Shown: piece by piece, positions 51,019 to 60,916 of the stretch | Layout: each line of letters starts with the position of its first letter | Position numbering within the stretch: position 1 is the stretch's first letter | Origin: an uncultured SAR86 cluster bacterium | GTDB taxonomy: Bacteria; Pseudomonadota; Gammaproteobacteria; Magnimaribacterales; D2472 | NCBI GenBank assembly: GCA_902593675.1 | Contig: CACJJI010000004.1 | Coordinates: 6,170-70,169 of the forward strand | Direction: 5' to 3' | DNA: 64,000 nucleotides | Translations under genes and position numbers: made by a program | Notes under the pieces: model-generated | Told to the model about the DNA's origin: nothing | The model's database searches: none | What the model saw: only the letters and a program-made list of their open reading frames with translations

Positions 51019-51860
51019 CATTTTCTAGGTTCGGATATTTAATTTGTATAGTCTCTATTCTAAGCGCATCAATTTTTTTGATTGAATTTGGATACAGTGA
51101 ATTAGAAGTATTATTTTTTGCTGCTATTGGTTCAATTATTTTTACAATTGTAGGAGAGTTTTTTATACCTTTATTTAAAGATTGGAGACCAAATTTTAAA
51201 GAAAATTTTTTTCCTGATGCGTCTCTTTTTGTTGTGAATTATGTTTTATTTCAAAGTCAATTATTACAAATTTTTCTTGCTTCTATTGCTATTAAATTTT
51301 CTGGAGGAGGATTTGATTTATGGCCATCAGAATTAAATATATATTTTCAATTAGTTGTTGCTTTAATCATTTCTGAATTTGGACTTTACTGGTTTCATAG
51401 AGCTTGTCATGAGATTCCTTTTTTATGGCGATTTCATAAGATTCATCATAACCCCCAAAGACTGTATTGGTTTAATGCAACGAGATTCCATTACCTTGAT
51501 GTGACATTGCTTCAGGTTTGTGGAATTGTTCCTTTATTACTTTTAGGCGCAGAAGCAAAAATTATTGCTCTGGTAACGATTTTCAGTACTGTTCACGGAT
51601 TTTGGCAGCATATTAACGCAAAGCAAGATCAAAGAATTCTTAATTATTTTTTCTCTGGTCCAGAACTTCATAGGTGGCATCATAATCTGAAACCAGAAAT
51701 AGCAAATCACAATTATGGAAATAATCTTATTATTTGGGATCATGTATTTAAAACTTTTTATTGGCCAAAAGATAATAACGAACAGCTTAAAAATATTGGT
51801 GTTGAAGGAAATTTCTCAAACAATATTAAATCTATGATTTTTGATCCTTTTAAAGGATAG
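51009..51860 (+). CDS. Fatty acid hydroxylase / sterol desaturase superfamily membrane protein
   Basis: Carries three His boxes (HRACH, HKIHH, HRWHH) and several TM segments. It overlaps the end of the ADH gene by 10 nt. Confidence 0.75.
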   Translation: MQLAFSRFGYLICIVSILSASIFLIEFGYSELEVLFFAAIGSIIFTIVGEFFIPLFKDWRPNFKENFFPDASLFVVNYVLFQSQLLQIFLASIAIKFSGGGFDLWPSELNIYFQLVVALIISEFGLYWFHRACHEIPFLWRFHKIHHNPQRLYWFNATRFHYLDVTLLQVCGIVPLLLLGAEAKIIALVTIFSTVHGFWQHINAKQDQRILNYFFSGPELHRWHHNLKPEIANHNYGNNLIIWDHVFKTFYWPKDNNEQLKNIGVEGNFSNNIKSMIFDPFKG

Positions 51861-51861
51861 A

Positions 51862-53292
51862 TTATTTCTTTAATTGCTCTTTAAGAATTTTATTAACTGT
51901 TTGAGGATTCGCTTTTCCTTCAGTTAATTTCATAACTTGTCCTACAAAGAATCCAAAAAGCTTATCTTTGCCTCCAAGATATGCTTCTACTTGATCCGGA
52001 TTATCGCTGATCACAGTCATAATTATTTCTTCGATGGCACCATCATCTGAAATTTGTTTTAATCCTTGAGATTCTATAATTTCATCTGGCGAGGATCCAC
52101 TAACCCACATTTCTTCAAAAATAGATTTTCCAATTTTCCCTGAAATAGTTTGATCATCAATTCTATTGATCAGCATTGCTACATTAACAGAGTTTAATTT
52201 TGATTCATGTATCTCAATCATTTCTTTATTTAAAAAAGCGCTAATATCACCGATTAACCAATTGGATAGAAGTGAATAATTTGTTGTTTTTTTTGCTGCG
52301 TCTTCAAAGAAATCTGCCATAGATTTAGACGATGCAATAATTTGAGCATCATATGCTGATAAATTAAATTCTTTTATGTAGCGATTTTCTTTCTCTTTTG
52401 GGAGCTCTGGAAATTTATCTTTAATTGTTTGCATTTCTTCATTAGAAATAACAACTGGTAAAAGGTCTGGTTCTGGGAAATATCTGTAATCATTTGCAAA
52501 TTCCTTTGATCGCATTGGGCGAGTTTCATCTTTTACGCTATCGTAGAGTCTTGTTTCCTGGGTAACTTTTTCTCCATTTTCGAGAATTTTAATTTGTCTT
52601 TTGACCTCATAATTAATTGCTTTTTCAATAAATTTGAAAGAATTAATATTTTTTATTTCGGTTCTTGTGCCTAGCTCTTTATTACCTTTTTTTCTAATAG
52701 AAACATTGGCATCACATCTTAAAGAGCCTTGAGCCATATTTCCATCAGATACATCTAAATAGGTTACAAGCTGATGCATTGCTTTCATGTATGCAACCGC
52801 CTCTTTTGCGCTTGATATTTCTGGTTCTGAGACTATTTCTAAGAGAGGGGTTCCAGCTCTATTAAGATCAATTGCAGAGAAGCCATCATATTCATCATGG
52901 ATTGATTTACCTGCATCCTCTTCTAAATGAGCTCTAGTTATATTGATCGTTTTTGATAAATCATCAGTAGTAATTTCTATTGACCCACCCAAAACAATTG
53001 GTAAATCCATTTGCGTGATTTGATATCCTTTTGGTAGGTCTGCATAAAAGTAATTTTTTCTATCAAAAATAGATGTTTGATTGATTTGAGCTCCAATTGC
53101 AATTCCAAATCTAATAGCTTTATAAAAAGCTTCTTTATTTACAGACGGCAAAACCCCTGGGAGACCACAATCTACTAGATTTACGTTTGTGTTAGGAGGT
53201 GCTCCAAAAGCAGTTGAAGCTCTAGAAAATAGCTTGGTTTTTGTAGATAGTTGGACATGTGTTTCAAGCCCAATAACTGTCTCCCAAATCAT
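51862..53292 (-). CDS. gatB: Asp/Glu-tRNA amidotransferase subunit B
   Basis: 476 aa with the N-terminus WETVIGLETHVQL. Confidence 0.95.
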   Translation of the reverse strand: MIWETVIGLETHVQLSTKTKLFSRASTAFGAPPNTNVNLVDCGLPGVLPSVNKEAFYKAIRFGIAIGAQINQTSIFDRKNYFYADLPKGYQITQMDLPIVLGGSIEITTDDLSKTINITRAHLEEDAGKSIHDEYDGFSAIDLNRAGTPLLEIVSEPEISSAKEAVAYMKAMHQLVTYLDVSDGNMAQGSLRCDANVSIRKKGNKELGTRTEIKNINSFKFIEKAINYEVKRQIKILENGEKVTQETRLYDSVKDETRPMRSKEFANDYRYFPEPDLLPVVISNEEMQTIKDKFPELPKEKENRYIKEFNLSAYDAQIIASSKSMADFFEDAAKKTTNYSLLSNWLIGDISAFLNKEMIEIHESKLNSVNVAMLINRIDDQTISGKIGKSIFEEMWVSGSSPDEIIESQGLKQISDDGAIEEIIMTVISDNPDQVEAYLGGKDKLFGFFVGQVMKLTEGKANPQTVNKILKEQLKK

Positions 53293-54749
53293 TAAAAGTC
53301 CTCCATGTTTGGTTTGGCAAGATGGAATTCTGTATTTTGCTGAAAGATATGTGCAGCATTTAGCAGCTGATCTTCTCTTAGGAAATTTCCAATCAGTTGA
53401 AGACCAACAGGTAATGAGTTTACTTGACCATGAGGAATAGACATTGCTGGCAAACCAGCTAAATTTGATGAAATTGTAAAAAGGTCTTCAAGGTATAGTT
53501 CAACAGGGTTTTGAGCGCCTTTACTTCCAAATTTAAAGGCAGTACTAGGCGAAGTAGGTGTCATTAAAATATCAACTGATTCAAAGACATGATCAAAATC
53601 ATTTTTAATTAATCTCCTTACCTGCTGAGCTTTTTTATAATATGCATCATAATATCCAGCTGAAAGAGCATATGTCCCTATTAATATTCTCCGTTTTACC
53701 TCATCTCCAAATCCCTCACTTCTTGATTTAATATATAGGTCATTCAAATCATCTGTGTTTTCAGCCCTATGCCCAAAACGCACCCCATCAAATCGCGACA
53801 AGTTTGATGAACATTCAGCCGGAGCAATAGAATAATAGGTTGGAACCGATGCAGAAATATTTGGCAGCGAAACATCCACGAATTCAGCGCCTAGCTTCTC
53901 ATAGACTTTTTTAGATTCTTCAAATCGTGTTTGAACTTCTTTATCTAGATCGCTGAGATCGAATTCTTTAATAATACCTATTTTTAAACCTTTGATAGGA
54001 TCATTTAGTTTTGATAAAAAATTAGGCACTTCAACATTTAAAGATGTTGTATCTTTTAGATCATGACCTGACATTATACTAAGTAAGACGGCGCAATCTT
54101 CTGCTGTTCTTGCTAGTGGACCAGCTTGGTCAAGACTTGATGCAAAAGCAATCATCCCCCATCTTGAAATTCTCCCATAGGTTGGCTTTAATCCAGTAAT
54201 TCCACAATGTGCTGCAGGTTGACGAATAGAGCCTCCAGTATCGGTTCCTGTTGCCGCAGGAACTATTCCAGCTGCAACTGCTGCCGCAGATCCTCCAGAA
54301 CTTCCTCCAGGAACATAACCTTTTTTCCAAGGGTTATGAACATTGCCAAAATAGCTTGTTTCGTTAGAGGAGCCCATAGCAAACTCATCCATATTTGTTT
54401 TGCCAATTGTTATTGATCCAGAATCCTCAAGCTTCTTAACAGCAGTTGCTGTGTATGGAGGAATAAAATTTGAAAGTATTTTAGATGCACATGTTGTTCT
54501 TAAACCCTGAGTGCAAAACAAATCTTTTTGGGCTAAAGGTATGCCTGATAGGAGCGAATTATTTTCTTGATTAAGATTTATAGCGCCAGCTTTTTTTTTG
54601 CTAAAATCATCATCCATTGTTACAAAACAATTTAGTTTTTTATATTTGTTTGCTAACTTGTGAGATTCTTGTGCTAATTCCAATGGAGAAATTAGTTTAT
54701 CATCAAGCATAGCTCTTAATTCGGTTATAGATTTGAACTGGATGCTCAT
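53292..54749 (-). CDS. gatA: Asp/Glu-tRNA amidotransferase subunit A
   Basis: Carries the amidase signature [14 protein letters not shown] and [12 protein letters not shown]. Confidence 0.95.
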   Translation of the reverse strand: MSIQFKSITELRAMLDDKLISPLELAQESHKLANKYKKLNCFVTMDDDFSKKKAGAINLNQENNSLLSGIPLAQKDLFCTQGLRTTCASKILSNFIPPYTATAVKKLEDSGSITIGKTNMDEFAMGSSNETSYFGNVHNPWKKGYVPGGSSGGSAAAVAAGIVPAATGTDTGGSIRQPAAHCGITGLKPTYGRISRWGMIAFASSLDQAGPLARTAEDCAVLLSIMSGHDLKDTTSLNVEVPNFLSKLNDPIKGLKIGIIKEFDLSDLDKEVQTRFEESKKVYEKLGAEFVDVSLPNISASVPTYYSIAPAECSSNLSRFDGVRFGHRAENTDDLNDLYIKSRSEGFGDEVKRRILIGTYALSAGYYDAYYKKAQQVRRLIKNDFDHVFESVDILMTPTSPSTAFKFGSKGAQNPVELYLEDLFTISSNLAGLPAMSIPHGQVNSLPVGLQLIGNFLREDQLLNAAHIFQQNTEFHLAKPNMEDF

Positions 54750-55027
54750 TCAACCACTCTTGGTACTAAAAAATAGTCATCATTTGATGCTGGAGCATTC
54801 TCAAGGAATTTTTCTTTCTTATTGTCAGATTTTTCTTCATCTTCATGCTTGAGCGCTGTCATTTCGAGGGGGCTATAAAGAGGTTCAATATTTGATGTAT
54901 CTATAGATTGAAGACCGCTAATAAGCTCGATAATGGTTTCTAGATCATTTTCTATCTTTTCAGACTTTTTTTGATCAATTCTAAGTCTTGCTAGATAGCA
55001 AATAGTTCTGACTGTTTCTTTATCCAT
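54746..55027 (-). CDS. gatC: Asp/Glu-tRNA amidotransferase subunit C
   Basis: 93 aa. It lies upstream of and overlaps gatA, and has a LARL..-type N-terminus. Confidence 0.88.
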   Translation of the reverse strand: MDKETVRTICYLARLRIDQKKSEKIENDLETIIELISGLQSIDTSNIEPLYSPLEMTALKHEDEEKSDNKKEKFLENAPASNDDYFLVPRVVE

Positions 55028-55100
55028 ATGATATTATTTATTTTTGATGCGCAATATTAAACTAAAAGCATCTTAAAATGAATTTACAAGGATTATCATA

Positions 55101-56150
55101 GTGGATTTCAATCTATTTAAAACTGTTCGAGGCCTATTTTCTAATGATTTATCAATAGATTTAGGCACAGCAAATACATTAATTTACACAAAAGACATAG
55201 GAATAGTTCTAAATGAACCTTCTGTTGTAGCCATTCGTGAAAGTCGAGGTCAAAAAACAGTTGTAGCGGTTGGGCATGAAGCCAAAAAAATGCTTGGTAG
55301 AACTCCTGGAAATATTAAAGCCATTAGACCTTTATCCGAAGGAGTTATCGCAGACTTCCAGGTTACAGAAAAAATGCTCCAGCACTTTATCGCAAAAGTA
55401 CATGAGCAGAGATTTATTAAGCCAAGTCCAAGGGTTTTGGTATGTGTTCCTTGCAGATCAACGCAAGTTGAAAGAAGGGCTATTAGAGAATCTGTTTTAG
55501 GTGCAGGGGCCCGAGATGTAAAATTGATTGAAGAACCAATGGCTGCAGCCATTGGAGCAGGCCTTCCTGTTGAAGAGGCTAACGGCAATATGGTTGTTGA
55601 TATTGGAGGGGGTACTTCAGAAATTGCAATCCTATCATTAAATGGAGTTGTTTATGCTGAATCAGTAAAAATTGGTGGAGATCTTATGGATAGCTCAATC
55701 ACATCATGGGTTCGAAGAAATTATGGATGTGTGATTGGAGAATCGACGGCTGAAAAAATTAAATACTCTATTGGTTGTGCCTCACCTGATTCCGAAGATA
55801 TGGAAATGAATGTGACCGGAAGAAATTTAGCTGAGGGAATTCCTGAGACTTTTACATTAAAAAGCGCTCAAGTATATGAAGCAATGAGAGATCCCTTGTC
55901 AGGAATGGTAAGAGCCATCAGAAACGCGCTCGAACTTTCTCCGCCTGAGCTAGCTGCAGATATAGCTGAAAGGGGCATTGTACTTACTGGAGGAGGGGCA
56001 TTGATGAGAGATCTTGATAAATTAATTTCTTCTTCAACTGGGATCCCAGTAATTTGCGCCGAAGATCCTTTAACATGCGTAGCAAGAGGTGGCGGCAAGG
56101 CTCTTGAAATTATTGAAAAGTACAATATTGATTTACTTTCAACAGAATAA
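55101..56150 (+). CDS. mreB: Rod shape-determining protein MreB
   Basis: GTG start, with [17 protein letters not shown] and [10 protein letters not shown]. Confidence 0.95.
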   Translation: MDFNLFKTVRGLFSNDLSIDLGTANTLIYTKDIGIVLNEPSVVAIRESRGQKTVVAVGHEAKKMLGRTPGNIKAIRPLSEGVIADFQVTEKMLQHFIAKVHEQRFIKPSPRVLVCVPCRSTQVERRAIRESVLGAGARDVKLIEEPMAAAIGAGLPVEEANGNMVVDIGGGTSEIAILSLNGVVYAESVKIGGDLMDSSITSWVRRNYGCVIGESTAEKIKYSIGCASPDSEDMEMNVTGRNLAEGIPETFTLKSAQVYEAMRDPLSGMVRAIRNALELSPPELAADIAERGIVLTGGGALMRDLDKLISSSTGIPVICAEDPLTCVARGGGKALEIIEKYNIDLLSTE

Positions 56151-56160
56151 CTAACTAAAT

Positions 56161-57003
56161 ATGGCGAGATCTACGCCTACATATACTCCTGTAAGAAATT
56201 ATGCAATTGGCTTTTTTCTATCAGTAATATTGCTATTCAGCGATATTAGCTATGGAACTTTTACTCCTTTAAGAGGCTATGTTAATGCTTCTACTCTATA
56301 TGCGCAGATGATTTCTAGCGAGATATTAGAAAATATCAGTAATATATTTCATTCTTTTAAAAAAAATAGAAGCCTCTTAAATGAAAACAAAGAATTAAAA
56401 GAGCAAATCTTCAAAATAAGAACAAAGGAATTTATTGAAAGAAAAAATAGCGAAGTAAAGATTGAAATTATTAATTTTCAAAAAGATTTAATGAGCTCGT
56501 TTTATAATAATGATATTGATATATATAAAATAGCTTCTGTGGATCTGCGAAACTATCTTTGCTGCTCAACACACAGGATTTTCTTACAAAATATTAATAA
56601 TGTTTCAGCAGAAAAAAATATCCCAGTATATGCAGGAGGCTCATTTGTTGGCCAAACCAAGGATTCTTATTTAGGTTTTACTGAAGTCATCCTTTTATCA
56701 GATACTAGTCATGTTTTACCTATTAAATCTAATTCTTTTTATTGTGATGCCAGAGGCAAAGGTAAGCCAATGTTAATTTCTTGCATGTTAGATCAGAATA
56801 ATGAAAATGTTAAAATTCAAATTGGTGATGCTGTCTATACTTCTGGGTTAGGAGGTATTTTTTTTAAAAATGTAGAAATTGGATTTGTATCAGCTATTAA
56901 TACAGTTTCAATTAATGGGATTGAGGTTTTGATAACCTTAAAAACTAACCCCCTAGAAGAAACTTACTATGGAATGATAAGCAAAGAAACCGATGAAATT
57001 TAG
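56161..57003 (+). CDS. mreC: Rod shape-determining protein MreC
   Basis: Has an N-terminal TM segment, a coiled coil (LLNENKELKEQI) and a beta-rich C-terminus. It follows mreB. Confidence 0.75.
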   Translation: MARSTPTYTPVRNYAIGFFLSVILLFSDISYGTFTPLRGYVNASTLYAQMISSEILENISNIFHSFKKNRSLLNENKELKEQIFKIRTKEFIERKNSEVKIEIINFQKDLMSSFYNNDIDIYKIASVDLRNYLCCSTHRIFLQNINNVSAEKNIPVYAGGSFVGQTKDSYLGFTEVILLSDTSHVLPIKSNSFYCDARGKGKPMLISCMLDQNNENVKIQIGDAVYTSGLGGIFFKNVEIGFVSAINTVSINGIEVLITLKTNPLEETYYGMISKETDEI

Positions 57004-57472
57004 CAATCACTTAATCATTTTTTCAACTATCTTTTTGGGATTTTGGCTAGATAATTCTCTAAATCCCTTAACTATTAATTTTTTCCTTGAATTAAATTTT
57101 GGCTTTTTAATTTTTTCATACTGGGTTTTTGCAATGCCAGAAAAACTGCAGAGCTCAGCTGCATTATTTTATGGTCTAGTTATCGATTTGTTTTTTTCTA
57201 ATGCGATTGGTTTCAATATGCTTTTTTTTGTTGCAACTTCTTACGTTATTCACTTATATGTTTTTCGTTTTAGAATTTTTTCTTATTTTCAGCTAGCAGT
57301 TTTCTTCTCAGGTTCTTCCACATTCTATATTGCATGTAAGTACCTTTTACTTTCTCCGTATAATTATTCTTATGTTATCTTGCTATTTAGCTTTCTTGTT
57401 AATGCGGTTTTGTGGGTAGCAATTTATATAATCATGAGAACCTTTCGAAGAAGTATTTTTTCAAATTTATAG
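56993..57472 (+). CDS. mreD: Rod shape-determining protein MreD
   Basis: 159-aa polytopic membrane protein overlapping the end of mreC. The call is synteny-based. Confidence 0.7.
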   Translation: MKFSNHLIIFSTIFLGFWLDNSLNPLTINFFLELNFGFLIFSYWVFAMPEKLQSSAALFYGLVIDLFFSNAIGFNMLFFVATSYVIHLYVFRFRIFSYFQLAVFFSGSSTFYIACKYLLLSPYNYSYVILLFSFLVNAVLWVAIYIIMRTFRRSIFSNL

Positions 57473-57475
57473 AAT

Positions 57476-60400
57476 ATGAAAAAATTATTTAGCATCTTTG
57501 TAATTTGCTTGGGTATTTTAAGTTGGACATTTTTCTTGTTGCTTACCGTTTTGGCTTTCTCCCCATTGAGCTTAATTAAAGTCATAGATAACTATGTTTT
57601 TCCTGCCTACTCAATAGATTTTTCTGAATTGGAAAGTTCTGGAAACGCATTAAATAGAAATCTAAATTTTAATAATTTACATATCACGCATAATGATAGG
57701 GTTTTAATTCAGGCAAAAGAATTAGATCTAGGATTATCTCTAAAACCCCATAAGCTTTTTTACTTTATTAATATCAATAATATCACTATAAAAGATGGTT
57801 ACTTTGACTTTTCAAATTTACGAAGTAGCAATTCATACCCAAACTCTATAATAAATTTTAGTGATGAAATTTTGCTGTCATTTGAAAATTTGAAATACCA
57901 AAGAAATGATTCAATATTTGAAATTAATGGCAATCTTTTTGGAGATTTATTTAGATCTTTTAATGGCCAGCTAAGCTTTTTTCATAACGACCAATTAAGT
58001 ACTATCGCTTTAAGTTCTTTTGAGGATTCTTATCGCTTTTCATTAAATCTTCATTCATACGAATGGTTAAATTTCATCCCCACTTTCAATACTTCATCTA
58101 TCAAAGATTTAGTATTCCAAATAAATGCGGTTGGAGAATTTCAAAACAATCAATCAAACATCAGGGGTTCTTTTGACTCAAGCGGTTTCTCTCTTAAATC
58201 CTTCTCAATTCAGCCAAATAAAGGATCATTTCATTATCATTCTCAAAAAAATATAGGCATATTAAAATTAACAGAATTCCTTCATCCACTTATAGATGAA
58301 GAATACCCCATTCAAATTAATCTTAAAAAAAAATCTTTAACAGTCCCAAGATTAATTCTTTCACCTCAGATTTTAAGAATCGAGGCATTAAATTTTTCCA
58401 ATTTAATTATTGAAAACCTTTTTTTATCATTAGATAACTTGTTACCAAGATATTCTGGATTTATTAAAGATCTTGATCTTAATGATATGTATTTCAAGGA
58501 AGTTAGCAATCTCAGTGGAAGCTTTTCTGGGCATAGAGATCAGATAAAATTTTTAGTAAATTCTAATTCGGCAATATTACAAAATCGTAACCATAATTTC
58601 ATTTCAGCATCAATTTTAGGGGAAGGAAATTTTTCAGATTCGGTTTTTGATCTTAAAGCTCGTATTAAAAATCAATCTGCTAGTATTGACCTTGCTTTAA
58701 ACATAAATCTGGAACCAATCAATTCTTTATTTATTGAGCTTACAGGACAAGATGTTTCTAAAGATTTAATCACATTCTCACTGCCTAGTTCTTTGAAATC
58801 GGCTAGCACATACATAGATGCAAGCCTTAATTTAGCAGTAAAAAATTCAATATATTTTAAATACTCCACTCCGAGTTCTAGTTCCAAAGCTGATTTAAAA
58901 GCAAAAATCTTAATGGATGAATCAAAATTAATACTCAACGAAGATTCAATTATTAATTTTGCTAGACCAGTTATTGAGGCTGATAGTCAAAATTTATATA
59001 TTTTTTCTCCATCCGGAAAAGTCACTAATTTTTCTTATAAAGAGGCATATGGGCTGATTAATTATAATACTCAAAAGCTCAGATTCTACTCATTGCATGA
59101 TTTGAAATCTAATGATCTTAACAGTGCATTTAATGTTGAGGGGGTAGGCATTAACTTTCCTGATATACAAGCAGAACATAAGGGAGAGATTAAATTATCA
59201 GCTTCGAATTTTAATAATGCTATTTCATTAAAAACAGAAACTTTCTTTATACCAATTTCACAACCTCAAAAGATTAAATTTGATAAGGCAAACATCTTTG
59301 TCGTCGACCTAGATTCAATCTTTGGATCATTGCCTTCAACTTTCATGAATGAAGAAATATTAGTTAACCTTTTAGGAGAAGATTTAACTGAAGAATACGA
59401 TCTTACTTTTTCAACAAATATCAATTTTGATCCAGGATATTTTATTAAAGATTCATTATATCTTCAGGTTTCGGGCAATGATCTTTTTAAAATACATTTG
59501 AATATTAAAAAAAATTCTCAACCCATTTTAAAGTTAAATTCTGATCTTAAAAATATTGAGTTAAATTCACCATTAAGCTCACTTTCAAAAAACAAATTAA
59601 TAAGATTGCCTACTGAAATTTTTATAACTAATTTTTTAAATCCATCAATAAGAGTCAACAATCAAAAAGTTGATATGCATATTAGAGATCTAAAAAAATA
59701 TGATGGATACATTTCAATAGGTAAAAAACTACCTGATCAGTATAGAAATTTTTATAAGGAAATTGGGTTAAATCTATATCTTTATTCACAATTTATGGAT
59801 GAGAATCTATTAATTTCTTTGTTGCCTAGTAACAGAGAACTAACATCTATAAAGTTTAATAAACTTGCTTTTGATATTAAAAATTTTAAATTTTTTGATA
59901 ATAAGTTTTCTGACCTTTCTGGTTTTTTTGATTTAAAAAATCCAGAAATCATAGGAAGTTTAATTGCAGATAAGCTTAATTTGAATCTTAAGGTTGATCA
60001 GACGGGTTTTATGAGAATAGAAATAAAGGACTCAATTATTCATGATGTAGATTTTATCAATGCATCACAATCAAACTCTGAAATAACCATCAATTCAAGA
60101 TTAATTGTCAAAAATTCCTCTTTCAGCAAAATAAAAATAAAAGATCTCGATGTGTATCTTGTAAATAATAAAAAGAACTTTTCAGCAAATAATCTTAAAT
60201 TAACCTCAAATTTAATTTCTATTAAACCTATGAAAAATTCTTCAGTTGCATATTTTTCAATAGACAAGATAAAGCCTCTCTATAAAATTAGAGGAGATTT
60301 TCTAATTAAAGATTCGAATAAAATCCCTTACCTAAGGGAGCTTGCAGATTTTTCCTATTTTAATGGATCAATAAATTTACAATGGGAAGAACTTTCTACT

Positions 60401-60916
60401 TTAAGTCATATAGAAGGAGATAGTAATTTTATTTTGAAAGATCTAGTAATCAAAGATTCTATTTCTGATTCATTGGCTTTTAATTTGCTTGGCGTTCTAA
60501 ATTTAAGGAATATTTTAGGAAAGCTAGCGAACCTAGATCTTTCAATTGATGAGTTTACTTCTGTGCAGTTAGGCAGAGTTGAGGGAGACTTATTGTTCAA
60601 TAAATCAAAGCTGCGACTTGCATCTCCATTATTTATTGAAACAAATGCAGCTAAAATGAAATGGGTTGGTCAAATTGACAAGAATTCTGAAAGCGAGCTA
60701 AATGATCTGGATCTTAATTTAGATTTGAGAATTAGAGTTGGAGAAAATCTTCCCTGGTATGCTGCAATCCTTGGAGGTCTTCCAGCTGTGGCTGGTTCAG
60801 CTGTAATAAATGAAATTTTTGAAGAAGATATAAATAATCTTACTAATTATCAATATGAAGTTCTTGGAACTATTAAAGATCCGAAATTAGAAAGAGTTAA
60901 ACAAGAAATAAAGTAG
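57476..60916 (+). CDS. yhdP: YhdP-like AsmA2-family envelope-spanning protein
   Basis: 1146 aa with one N-terminal TM segment, then a long beta-rich, N/S/K-rich body. The C-terminus YQYEVLGTIKDPKLE is typical of AsmA-family C-terminal domains. It occupies the mre-neighbourhood position of E. coli yhdP. Confidence 0.6.
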   Translation: MKKLFSIFVICLGILSWTFFLLLTVLAFSPLSLIKVIDNYVFPAYSIDFSELESSGNALNRNLNFNNLHITHNDRVLIQAKELDLGLSLKPHKLFYFININNITIKDGYFDFSNLRSSNSYPNSIINFSDEILLSFENLKYQRNDSIFEINGNLFGDLFRSFNGQLSFFHNDQLSTIALSSFEDSYRFSLNLHSYEWLNFIPTFNTSSIKDLVFQINAVGEFQNNQSNIRGSFDSSGFSLKSFSIQPNKGSFHYHSQKNIGILKLTEFLHPLIDEEYPIQINLKKKSLTVPRLILSPQILRIEALNFSNLIIENLFLSLDNLLPRYSGFIKDLDLNDMYFKEVSNLSGSFSGHRDQIKFLVNSNSAILQNRNHNFISASILGEGNFSDSVFDLKARIKNQSASIDLALNINLEPINSLFIELTGQDVSKDLITFSLPSSLKSASTYIDASLNLAVKNSIYFKYSTPSSSSKADLKAKILMDESKLILNEDSIINFARPVIEADSQNLYIFSPSGKVTNFSYKEAYGLINYNTQKLRFYSLHDLKSNDLNSAFNVEGVGINFPDIQAEHKGEIKLSASNFNNAISLKTETFFIPISQPQKIKFDKANIFVVDLDSIFGSLPSTFMNEEILVNLLGEDLTEEYDLTFSTNINFDPGYFIKDSLYLQVSGNDLFKIHLNIKKNSQPILKLNSDLKNIELNSPLSSLSKNKLIRLPTEIFITNFLNPSIRVNNQKVDMHIRDLKKYDGYISIGKKLPDQYRNFYKEIGLNLYLYSQFMDENLLISLLPSNRELTSIKFNKLAFDIKNFKFFDNKFSDLSGFFDLKNPEIIGSLIADKLNLNLKVDQTGFMRIEIKDSIIHDVDFINASQSNSEITINSRLIVKNSSFSKIKIKDLDVYLVNNKKNFSANNLKLTSNLISIKPMKNSSVAYFSIDKIKPLYKIRGDFLIKDSNKIPYLRELADFSYFNGSINLQWEELSTLSHIEGDSNFILKDLVIKDSISDSLAFNLLGVLNLRNILGKLANLDLSIDEFTSVQLGRVEGDLLFNKSKLRLASPLFIETNAAKMKWVGQIDKNSESELNDLDLNLDLRIRVGENLPWYAAILGGLPAVAGSAVINEIFEEDINNLTNYQYEVLGTIKDPKLERVKQEIK

